Shown here: positions 51,549 to 62,000 of the stretch, one piece after another
Numbering within the stretch: position 1 is the stretch's first letter
How the letters are laid out: every line of letters begins with the position of its first letter
Source: Squalus acanthias
Taxonomy: Eukaryota
DNA length: 64,000 nucleotides
Assembly (NCBI GenBank): GCA_030390025.1
Contig: CM059440.1
Span: 63,240,001-63,304,000 of the forward strand
Direction: 5' to 3'
The notes under the pieces: generated by a model
Databases searched by the model: none
What the model was told of the DNA's origin: nothing
What the model saw: only the letters and a program-made list of their open reading frames with translations
Translations under genes and position numbers: made by a program

Positions 51549-53138
51549 GGCTGGAGCAGGTGATGGGGTTGGGATTAACGATAGGGTTAGTGATAGGGCT
51601 AGGGCAGGTGATGGGGTTGGGATTAACGATAGGGTTAGTGATAGGGCTGGGGCAGGTGATGGGGTTGGGATTAACGATGGGGTTAGGGTTAGTGATTGGG
51701 CTAGGGCAGGTGATGGGGTTGGGATTAACGATAGGGTTAGTGATTGGGCTAGGGCAGGTGATGGGGTTGGGATTAACGATAGGGTTAGTGATAGGGCTGG
51801 GGCTGGTGATGGGGTTGGGATTAACGATGGGGTTAGGGTTAGTGATTGGGCTAGGGCAGGTGATGGGGTTGGGATTAACGATGGGGTTAGGGTTAGTGAT
51901 TGGGCTGGGGCAGGTGATGGGGTTGGGATTAACGATGGGGTTAGGGTTAGTGATTGGGCTAGGGCAGGTGATGGGGTTGGGATTAACGATGGGGTTAGGG
52001 TTAGTGATTGGGCTGGGGCAGGTGATGGGGTTGGGATTAACGATGGGGTTAGGGTTAGTGATTGGGCTAGGGCAGTTGATGGGGTTGGGATTAACGATAG
52101 GGTTAGGGTTAGTGATTGGGCTAGGGCAGGTGATGGGGTTGGGATTAACGATGGGGTTAGGGTTAGTGATTGGGCTAGGGCAGTTGATGGGGTTGGGATT
52201 AACGATAGGGTTAGGGTTAGTGATTGGGCTAGGGCAGGTGATGGGGTTGGGATTAACGATGGGGTTAGGGTTAGTGATTGGGCTGGGGCAGGTGATGGGG
52301 TTGGGATTAACGATGGGGTTAGGGTTAGTGATTGGGCTAGGGCAGTTGATGGGGTTGGGATTAACGATAGGGTTAGGGTTAGTGATTGGGCTAGGGCAGG
52401 TGATGGGGTTGGGATTAACGATAGGGTTAGGGTTAGTGATAGGGCTGGGGCAGGTGATGGGGTTGGGATTAACGATGGGGTTAGGGTTAGTGATTGGGCT
52501 GGGGCAGGTGATGGGGTTGGGATTAACGATGGGGTTAGGGTTAGTGATTGGGCTAGGGCAGGTGATGGGGTTGGGATTAACGATGGGGTTAGGGTTAGTG
52601 ATTGGGCTGGGGCAGGTGATGGGGTTGGGATTAACGATGGGGTTAGGGTTAGTGATTGGGCTGGGGCAGGTGATGGGGTTGGGATTAACGATGGGGTTAG
52701 GGTTAGTGATTGGGCTAGGGCAGGTGATGGGGTTGGGATTAACGATGGGGTTAGGGTTAGTGATTGGGCTGGGGCAGGTGATGGGGTTGGGATTAACGAT
52801 GGGGTTAGGGTTAGTGATAGGGCTGGGGCAGTTGATGGGGTTGGGATTAACGATGGGGTTAGGGTTAGTGATTGGGCTGGGGCAGGTGATGGGGTTGGGA
52901 TTAACGATGGGGTTAGGGTTAGTGATTGGGCTAGGGCAGGTGATGGGGTTGGGATTAACGATGGGGTTAGGGTTAGTGATTGGGCTGGGGCAGGTGATGG
53001 GGTTGGGATTAACGATGGGGTTAGGGTTAGTGATAGGGCTGGGGCAGGTGATGGGGTTGGGATTAACGATGGGGTTAGGGTTAGTGATTGGGCTGGGGCA
53101 GGTGATGGGGTTGGGATTAACGATGGGGTTAGGGTTAG
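51549..53138. repeat. 54-bp (early units 48-bp) G-rich satellite made of degenerate TTAGGG-like hexamers, about 30 copies
   Basis: Unit CTGGGG CAGGTG ATGGGG TTGGGA TTAACG ATGGGG TTAGGG TTAGTG ATTGGG. Confidence 0.95.
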
Positions 53139-54529
53139 TGGTGAGAGTAAGAATGTTAACTGGGTTGTTAGTGATTGGCCTGGAGTTCCTGCTGAATTGG
53201 GGTTAGTGGTGAGTGGCCCATGTGATTCGGGTTAAGGTTAGGACTAAATTTGAGGCAAATTGCAAAATAATCAAAATATCAGTCAAAGCAGATACCAATC
53301 CCAGAATGGAACCTGTATCATCCTGTGCGTGTGTTTGTTCTTGTCCTTTAGTAAATCTCCTCTAGATTCGTATTTAATATTGCGACGAATAAAACTTCGT
53401 GCAAAACAAAGGAAATCTAATAAATTGATTTTGAGTTAAAAGTCCAAATGCGCTGCGCGTTGAGATTAAAAGCTTCAGGTCGGATAATTCAGCCGCAAAA
53501 TTTTAGACTTTGCTTTGTCATTGAACACGGTTCTGAAGGATACTTGGAACCAGCGGAAGCGATTTACGCCCTGGGTCCGCCGGTTAACCGGTGCCTGTCC
53601 AATCTGTTCTAAAACATAACTGAATATTAACATATAAATTGTGTACACGACCAGTCTCCACGTATATCAACATATTTATCCACGTTAAAATCTCGTTCGA
53701 TGCGAATTTCCTTCTTGTCCTTAAATGCACTCACTGAAGGCAGAACCTCGCCCCGGGACATCTCATTCTTGATTGACCAGACCCGGCACAGCCCGTCCAG
53801 GACAAGTCGGGATATGGTGTATATACATTAATTGCATGTACAATTATTTTAATCATCAATACATTTAACTTAATCGAAATTGTAATGTAGTTTGAAGATA
53901 TGAATCCGCCCCCAATGCCCTGCCTGTGCCGGGACGCGCTTTGCGGATACTGATACCAATCTGAGCAAGACCCGGCTGTACCTGGGCCGCTTTGTATCCG
54001 CTGTGTAAAGAACCCATTTGTATATTTGGGAATACTAGCACCAGATTTACTTTTAAAGATCAGTAATCACTCTGAACTAGCGTTAACGATTCGAAACGAT
54101 CTGTGGCCAACCCATAACCGCCCTTGATCTGGGGCGGATATAATTCCCATGTTAAATTGCCCCTTTTAGTTTTGTGTAATTATCTGGTCAATTCAGCGCA
54201 GTGTGTGTGTGTTGGGGGGGGGGGGGGGTAGAATTAAATAGAAATACCTTTAAAACCCAAAGAGCGGCCAGCGTTTGCGCCATCCTACAAGCGCCTCCAG
54301 CATTATCATTTCGATTACGTTAAATGTATTTATGATTAAAACATAGAAAAAATCATTGCAAATACATTTCAAATCCTTTTTCCTAATTCACAATGTTAAG
54401 TTGTGATGAAGTGGCGTGTGGAGCTATCTGTGAACAAAGCGGCGGGACCGGGATCTTGGGCTGAGAATTTAACAAATACATTTAATAACCGCACTCAGAT
54501 CGTGAAGTTGACACTGTTTCGGCAGCTGA

Positions 54530-55570
54530 CTGTGTGTGTCTGCATGTGTGTGTCTGCATGTGTCCGTCTGTGAATGAGTGCATGAGTGTGTGTGTGCCTG
54601 TGTGTGTGTGTGCCTGTGTGTGTGTGTGTGCCTGTGTGTGTGTGTGTGTGCCTGTGTGTGTGTGCCTGAGTGTGTGTGTGCCTGAGAGTGTGTGTGAGCC
54701 TGTGTGTGCCTGAGCCTGAGTGAGTGTGTGTGCCTGAGTGTGTGTGAGCCTGTGTGTGCCTGAGCCTGAGTGAGTGTGTGTGCGTGAGTGTGTGTGAGCC
54801 TGTGCCTGAGTGCGTGTGTGTGCCTGAGTGTGTGTGTGTGCCAGTGTGTGTGAGTCTGTGCCTGAGTTTGAGCCTGTGCCTGAGTGTGTGTGTGCCTGTG
54901 CCAAAGTGNNNNNNNNNNNNNNNNNNNNNNNNNNNNNNNNNNNNNNNNNNNNNNNNNNNNNNNNNNNNNNNNNNNNNNNNNNNNNNNNNNNNNNNNNNNN
55001 NNNNNNNNNNNNNNNNNNNNNNNNNNNNNNNNNNNNNNNNNNNNNNNNNNNNNNNNNNNNNNNNNNNNNNNNNNNNNNNNNNNNNNNNNNNNNNNNNNNN
55101 NNNNNNNNNNNNNNNNNNNNNNNNNNNNTGAGTGTGTGTGTGAGTGAGTGTGTGTGAGTGAACCTGTACCTGTGTGTGAGTGAGCCTGTGTGTGTGTGTG
55201 TGTGAGTGTGTGTGAGTGAACCTGTACCTGTGTGTGAGTGAGCCTGTGTGTGTGAGTGAGCCTGTGTGTGTGTGTGAGTGTGAGTGTGTGTGAGTGAACC
55301 TGTACCTGTGTGTGAGTGAGCCTGGGTGTGTGAGTGAGCCTGTGTGTGTGTGTGAGTGTGAGTGTGTGTGAGTGAACCTGTACCTGTGTGTGAGTGAGCC
55401 TGGGTGTGTGAGTGAGCCTGTGTGTGTGTGTGAGTGTGAGTGTGTGTGAGTGAACCTGTACCTGTGTGTGAGTGAGCCTGTGTGTGTGAGTGAGCCTGTG
55501 TGTGTGAGTGAGCCTGTGTGTGTGTGTGAGTGTGAGTGAGCCTGTGTGTGTGAGTGTGAGTGTGAGTGTG
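54530..55570. repeat. Complex (TG)n-derived microsatellite array, interrupted by an assembly gap
   Basis: TG runs punctuated by GCCTGAG, GAGTGAGCCT and GAGTGAACCTGTACCT motifs. Confidence 0.95.
54909..55128. other. Assembly gap (220 N)
   Basis: Run of N. Confidence 1.
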
Positions 55571-56460
55571 GTCATAAATGCGTCTCCGTCTGTCACTGAC
55601 CCAGGGTAAATCTCAACACACGGGAACAAAATCCCTTCAAATAGATTAACTTTGAAGGAGCTCAACTGCTGAATATTTTCCCGGTTTAATTTTCCTGAGA
55701 CAATATAATCCGCACGAATATATATGGAAGATGATTTCCAAATCAATTCTCTATTTAACTGCATAGTTTCGATTATAAATCCTTGCTGACCATATACAGA
55801 TGTTTTGTATGCATTAATGCAATCTCTCTTTACATGTATGTAATTCAAATAGAGATATCACATTAATAAATGCGTCCATTTAAAATCGCCGGACTGTTGG
55901 TCCGAGAATTCCCGGCCAGATCCCATGGAACCGGTTGGAGCTGTGGGCAGATTTAGCCCTCCCGGCCCTGCGCCACCATCCCGGCCGCAAAAACATGCTC
56001 CGACTCCCTTCAAGGAAAGCAATCGGGACGCGGACACGGATAGGCACCGATTAACACCCAGCGCTTTCTATCGCACAGACCCAGCGTGACAACCGAACCT
56101 CGGGAATCTGTTGTTTCACGGTCTGCAGTCAGAAATACATGTTGGGACATCAGGCGGCTGTGTTGGGGCACTCGGTATAACCTGCATCAACTCACAGGAA
56201 GGTTTGCAAACCATGTAGAAAACGCATCAGTTAATATGATTACAAGTTCACCAAGGGCAGTATAAATGTATCCACGATTTATTTCTCTCCATACTGTCCA
56301 TGCACCAATACATTTAACAACCCCCTCTATTCTATAAACACATTCAATACTTTTAGTGAGCAATATTTAGCATATAATTGTCTTACCAGCTTGCCACGTA
56401 ACTTAGACTTGCATTATTTCGAGCAATGCATTATTTCAAGGTCGTTTTTCGATTCCTCCC

Positions 56461-56519
56461 TTGGCATTCACCGCGTGCCTTAATTGTATGATATTAAATC
56501 AAGGTCCGCCGTGAACACG
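56461..56519 (-). ncRNA. MIR124: pre-miR-124 hairpin (mature 3p at 56461-56482, 5p at 56498-56519)
   Basis: The minus strand reads CGTGTTCACGGCGGACCTTGAT-TTAATATCATACAAT-TAAGGCACGCGGTGAATGCCAA. The 3p arm is an exact miR-124-3p, the arms are complementary, the flanks extend the basal stem, and a CNNC motif (CGAC) starts 17 nt downstream of the 3p end. Confidence 0.98.
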
Positions 56520-56624
56520 GAGAGCGAGAACCGAATCTCCGCTTTCCTTCCCCAACCCCGGGGCACAGCCCGCTTTCCGCCAGCACTGTAAATATTTGCT
56601 CCGTTTTGTCTGCCCGTTTGTTAC

Positions 56625-56912
56625 CTGTTCGCTGATAACCAGCCGGAGACCTTCCGCCTCACATCCTCACTGGAAGCGTCTCTCCTACTTTGGGATCGCA
56701 ATCGGCTGCTTAAAGAGTCGGATTTCGGTCTCTTAATTTTTAGGGTTTTTTTAAAAAAAAAGGTGAACCACTTTCCAGTCCGGGCGAGAGGAGATCCATA
56801 TTGCGGGTCCTTGTCCTCCTGTGCGTCTCTCTGTTTAAAGGGAGGGCGTTGAAAGTAGGGCAATGTCCCAGGTGGCTCCGGGTCCATCTGGTCTTTTCGG
56901 ATCCGCAACATC
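56625..56912 (-). ncRNA. Candidate internal exon of the miR-124 host transcript
   Basis: Minus-strand acceptor ...GTGTGTTTCTCTCTCCAG| at 56913 and donor CAG|GTAAC at 56624; same strand as the hairpin and about 105 nt upstream of it. Confidence 0.5.
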
Positions 56913-57326
56913 CTGGAGAGAGAAACACACACACACAGACACCAAACAAAAGATTGGACAATAACTGGCGGTGGCTCTGACGGTTACCGACTATTGGATC
57001 CAGGGAAGGCGGCCCTCAGACGGCGGATCTCAAACCCCCCCCCCCTCCCCCCACTCACAAAGTTAGGCTGAGAAATGCACCATTTTCAGACTACGACCCT
57101 CAAAATGCGCCTCCCCCCCCCCCCCCTCCCCAAATCGATAACAAGCCAAGGCGACGAGGGTGCCTTTCTCATTTTGTCGTTGTTGGAAAATGTGGATCTG
57201 AAGAGTAATGTTTTTTTTGGGGGGGGGATTTTTCTTCTTATGGGAGGGGGAGAACTTGATTCTTCAGCATCCGTGGCACTCGTCCGCTTTAGACTGGGGA
57301 TGGGGCGCGCTTGCTCTCACACTTAC

Positions 57327-57410
57327 ACTGAATGGTTTGACACAGTCTGTGCACCGCAGCCCCACTGCAGCCTGATCCTAGCCTCAGGACCACAGCTGGT
57401 GGGATCAGAC
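57327..57410 (-). ncRNA. Candidate first exon of the miR-124 host transcript (TSS approximate)
   Basis: Minus-strand donor CAGT|GTAAGT at 57326, just downstream of a CRE/CCAAT cluster; would give a 414-nt GT-AG intron (56913-57326). Confidence 0.4.
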
Positions 57411-57426
57411 TCTACCCCAACGGATT

Positions 57427-57534
57427 ATTGGGCGCTTCTGACGTCAGCACCAATGCTGCCTCTTGCAGGGCCAGTCTAACCCAACAGAAACGCTTTCCTC
57501 TCAATCCCGGGACTGCGGCGGGTACAGAGCCAAT
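57427..57534. promoter_or_regulatory. Candidate promoter: palindromic CRE flanked by CCAAT boxes
   Basis: TGACGTCA at 57439-57446, ATTGG at 57427-57431, CCAAT at 57450-57454 and 57530-57534, in CpG-rich sequence. Confidence 0.55.
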
Positions 57535-58205
57535 GTTAACAACCTAGTAACACTCGATTTTTTTCTTAAGAAGGCGCCTTTGAAAGCCCACTGCAACTAA
57601 TTTCTCATCAGACCAGCAATGCTCAACGAGTCTGATCGCTTCTAATCTCATAATGGTCCTCCACCCCCCCCCCCCCCCCCCACCAAAAAAGGTCAAATAT
57701 TGTAAGGGATTCAGCGGGATAAAAAGCCAACACTTTTTATCACTGGATACCGCCGAACAAATAGGTGTGACTGATGTTTATGACTGAGTTATTTAGGAGT
57801 TTGTTCATTTGATGTCCCGTCTATATATATATATATATATATAGTTAAGTGGGTATGGAAGCAAATCAATTATTTTTATATATATATATATAGCTTTTAA
57901 AATCTGCTATATCCCTCTTCGGGATTTATATCCCATTACCTGATCCGTTCAACTTATTCCCATCCAGTTGATGTATATAATCGGGGTAGGAAACGCACCC
58001 CTAATTTAGATCTAACTGATACATTCTGTTGTTTAAGGTTTAACTCCAAGATGCTGGAAAATATTTTCTTTTGTAATTTTTAACCAAGAATCAAAACGGA
58101 ATTTTTAGCGAAGGATTTAAACAAAAACGATTATCCCTAATCCTCCAACTAAGCATTTAAGAGGGCCCAATCTCTGCGGCTACAGAATGCGCGTGTTCCC
58201 TTGCT

Positions 58206-58510
58206 NNNNNNNNNNNNNNNNNNNNNNNNNNNNNNNNNNNNNNNNNNNNNNNNNNNNNNNNNNNNNNNNNNNNNNNNNNNNNNNNNNNNNNNNNNNNNNN
58301 NNNNNNNNNNNNNNNNNNNNNNNNNNNNNNNNNNNNNNNNNNNNNNNNNNNNNNNNNNNNNNNNNNNNNNNNNNNNNNNNNNNNNNNNNNNNNNNNNNNN
58401 NNNNNNNNNNNNNNNNNNNNNNNNNNNNNNNNNNNNNNNNNNNNNNNNNNNNNNNNNNNNNNNNNNNNNNNNNNNNNNNNNNNNNNNNNNNNNNNNNNNN
58501 NNNNNNNNNN
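58206..58510. other. Assembly gap (305 N)
   Basis: Run of N. Confidence 1.
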
Positions 58511-58837
58511 CGGATATATAGATATATACCAAAGTGTCAGGATCTTGATTGATTGGAATCAGAATAGACTTGACGCCAATTATTTTTATAAATTAACTAT
58601 CTATCCCGCGGCCCTCAGAGAGTTCAGAAAGGCAGATGAAGCCGGGATCGATATGTACAATTAATTTCTTTAACTCTATTATCGTGCTGAAGAGATACAT
58701 CCATCATTCCGATTTGATTACCAAATGTATCATTTCCTCCTTTTAATCCTAAATGTATAATCCGGTGAAGGACCATAGATCAGATGGCCCGGGACTTAGT
58801 CTATATTGGAGCAGAATCCCAATTCTGAGAGGCTCGG

Positions 58838-58858
58838 CGCGCTGTCCGTGGTGCTGAG
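58838..58858 (-). promoter_or_regulatory. REST/NRSF binding site (RE1/NRSE)
   Basis: Minus strand CTCAGCACCACGGACAGCGCG versus consensus TTCAGCACCACGGACAGCGCC (19/21 identical, canonical 2-nt spacer). Confidence 0.88.
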
Positions 58859-58984
58859 CGGCGCTAGCAAATGGATAGAGAGAAGTACTGTCCTGTGATA
58901 AAGCTCTCCCTGCAACTGAGAGGTTATGGACCAGAATCATTAACGGGGTCATTTAAAAAAACAAAAATAGAGCATTGATACATA

Positions 58985-59070
58985 CCATCGCCTTCTCAAG
59001 GGCAACTAGGGATGGTCAATAAATGCCGGCCGTGCCAACGACGCCCACATCCCGAGAATGAATAAAAAAT
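58985..59070 (+). mobile_element. Very short 3' tail of the LINE family at 47335-48520
   Basis: CCTTCTCAAGGGCAACTAGGGATGG...ACGCCCACATCCCGAGAATGAATAAAAAA. Confidence 0.75.
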
Positions 59071-62000
59071 ACTTCATTGGATTGGAAGTCTAACAAATTT
59101 ACAACAAGTATGATATTGAACACACGATCTAAAATAAATGTAAAATATAGCAAAAACCAAGGAGAATATTCCTGAACAGTAATAATTCTATATTTTCGAT
59201 ATGAGGGTGAGAGGCGATTAAACTTGTGCCTTTTAATCTACCGAAATAAGAAATATTCCCCTCACAAATTTCACGAGTATGTAGTTTTTAAAGTACCACG
59301 GGCCGAGGCCGGATTAAAGATTCCTTATTGCCTGATGAAGATATGGAAGACCTATTGACTGACCTCGCATCACAGTAATGTAATATAACGCTCTCTCCAA
59401 CTTACATGGGCTCAATAGAAAGTCCATTTCGTTACAATCGGCGCAGCCCCTTCAAGCCGATTTGCCCGGCAGTGGGGATTTTACCGAGAGCCGCCGGGCA
59501 TAATTACAACGAGAAACAGCAAGCTTTTCCAATTGAGAAATCGAACAGTTCAAACATTGAAAATCTGACCTCTTACTTCTCACGATGTCCTCGGGAGGAA
59601 CAGCGCACGGTGACATTCAGATGCACCAAATTCAAATATTTGTTATTATTATTCTCCCCCCCTCCTCTTTCTCGACATCTCACTGATCCAGATCCAGATG
59701 AGATAGCTCAGAGATTACAGGCCGGTCTGTTGCGGGTCATGGCAATGGGCCGGCCTCTTTGAATTATTCCACTCTTTCTACCTCCCCACTGTGCTTTTGT
59801 TCCTATTTTTATTCTTATCGCCTGCTCTCACCATCTGCATAAATTGATGCGCTGAGCTCGGGTCAGAAGTCTGATGTGTGTGTGTGGAGGGGAGGAGGGG
59901 TATTAATGGTTGGGTGGTTGAGGGGTCTTTTCAACACTGGAAGAGGAGGGGGGGGGGAGTTGCTGAGACAAGACTAATAATTGCAGTCAGCTGCCTGACG
60001 CGTGCCCTCTATAAATCTGACACCGGGACACCAGATGGCCCAACTCCGGAGTTCCAAATCCACCCCCACCCCCCACCCCCATCCTCATCTCCCAAAATGT
60101 GCCCAGTGCCCTTTGTGGGGCTGTAGCAGCCAATGGCACAAACTCGGCCGTCCCGTTGGCAGGACAGGCGGTTCCTCGCAGTCGCAGGATGCTCTGGACC
60201 TGCCGATCTCCCCTCGCCCCTCAGCTATGCCGGGACACAGTGCAATGCAAGTGCAAAATGTTGCAGCAAATAGACTGTTCAGCTGGGAACTGGGCGGTAT
60301 TCACTTTATTGGAGCAAGATCATTCAAATAATTACCGAATCACCCACTGTATCAGTGTTTCTCTTATTGATAAATTTAGGAAAATAGGAAGATCAGAACG
60401 CAAGGTCTGTGGGACCAATTAAAACGAAACACACACATTGTTTATAAGAAAACATACCCCTCTGATACTTGTAAATTCGTTCTATTTGATATTCTAACTT
60501 TAAATTGCAAACGATTTCAGTACTTTACGTTCAGTATTTGGGGTTATGTTTTGAAACTAGCAATACAAGTAACAAAATCAGACCTACAGATTCAGACTGT
60601 TTTCTGTATTTTATATTAAAAGTGTCAACGCCACTTCAGATGCAAATTCTATGCAAACCGAAAGGGGGGACATTTAGAAGAATGTTTGAGTTATAACAAC
60701 GCGAAGCGGCGCAGCCACAATTACACCCGAATAATGAGATTCAGTGACATGATTACGCAGGAAAAAGATGTTTTTTTGAAACATATAAAGGTAAGGATTG
60801 CACGGCGCAATTCAAATACATTTCCCATTTTAAAGTATCAGGATTGAGACTCTAGCGTCCAAATTCTGATGAAAAGTTTCAAAACAATTTTTTAAAAAAC
60901 AGAACTGAACATTTGTAACTGCATCTGGCACTTTGAAGCAAGGGAATAAAACAGGCTTAAAACTCGGCCCAAAAGCAGAATTTGTAAAAAAAAATGTTTC
61001 GCCTGTTATAACCTGGCCTTGTTTAGCCAAGAAAAGTACAATTTACCGCTGGAATTAAACACAATCAATGAAGGTTTAAATGATCGACCTGGTACTGTAC
61101 CAGCGAATGGATTCGATTGAGGGGCGAATGGGATGAGATGGGGACAAAATATATCATCTTTTTGAAAGATCAACTTGTTTTTTATATGGGTGGGGTGGGG
61201 GGTGGGTGGAGGATATTGAGAAGGTTTCACCTCTCACTTGTTCTCCTGATCAGGAAACCTCTCGGTTAGGGCTTTAAAAAACCTAAATCTTTCTTAAATG
61301 TACAGAGCAATAAATGAGCAACTGCAAGCTGACAAAAGACACATCGATCTGTTTTGTATGGTAAGTATTCCCACTGCGACAGAAGGTGCTCAGCGCCTGC
61401 ATTCTCCGTCGCAGGTTGTAACCCCGCTGGCTTCTCGCCTTTAAAAGAAAATATCGAAAATTAAAACCAAAAAAAAGATCAATTCTAAGCCCAAATCTCC
61501 CATTCTTTGTGCATAAAACGTCCTCGCTGTAAAAAAATAGTTTTTCGATGCAATTGATTAAATCTACAAAAAAACACACAATTTTTTGTGGTAATTTCTG
61601 ATTTTCTTCAGGGGGAGGTGGTGGGATGAGCTGATTAGATTATTACAAATCCTAACTGCTTTACGTTTGAATACAGTCATGCAATGTAGATTATAGGCAG
61701 AGAGAAAAGCCCAGCCACAGAACAGAAGGGTTCGTTATCGATCCCAGAGTTTAACGTTTGTACATTTAATAGACTTGTGTTACTTACAGCCAGCGAACGA
61801 CGCGAAGTTGTTGCAGTCTAGAAGGCATCATTGGGAGTGTTATTTTTTAACTGTTATTTTAATGGTGAGGCTGTTTCTCAGCGGCGCAATGCCCGAGGAC
61901 CAGGCTCCGATGATGTGGTCTAATTACTTAATTTTTTTTCGCATTGTAAAAGCTATAACATTTTTTTTTTGGAACCAGGATAGGAGCTGAGAGGAAACGA

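Noticed and set aside
51500-53206. 568-aa Gly/Leu-rich ORF
   Set aside because: It is the translation of the 54-bp satellite (unit length divisible by 3, no stop in that frame); there is no real start codon or splice context.
54469-55848. His/Thr-rich 459-aa ORF and other X-containing ORFs
   Set aside because: Artefacts of (CA)n repeats and N gaps.
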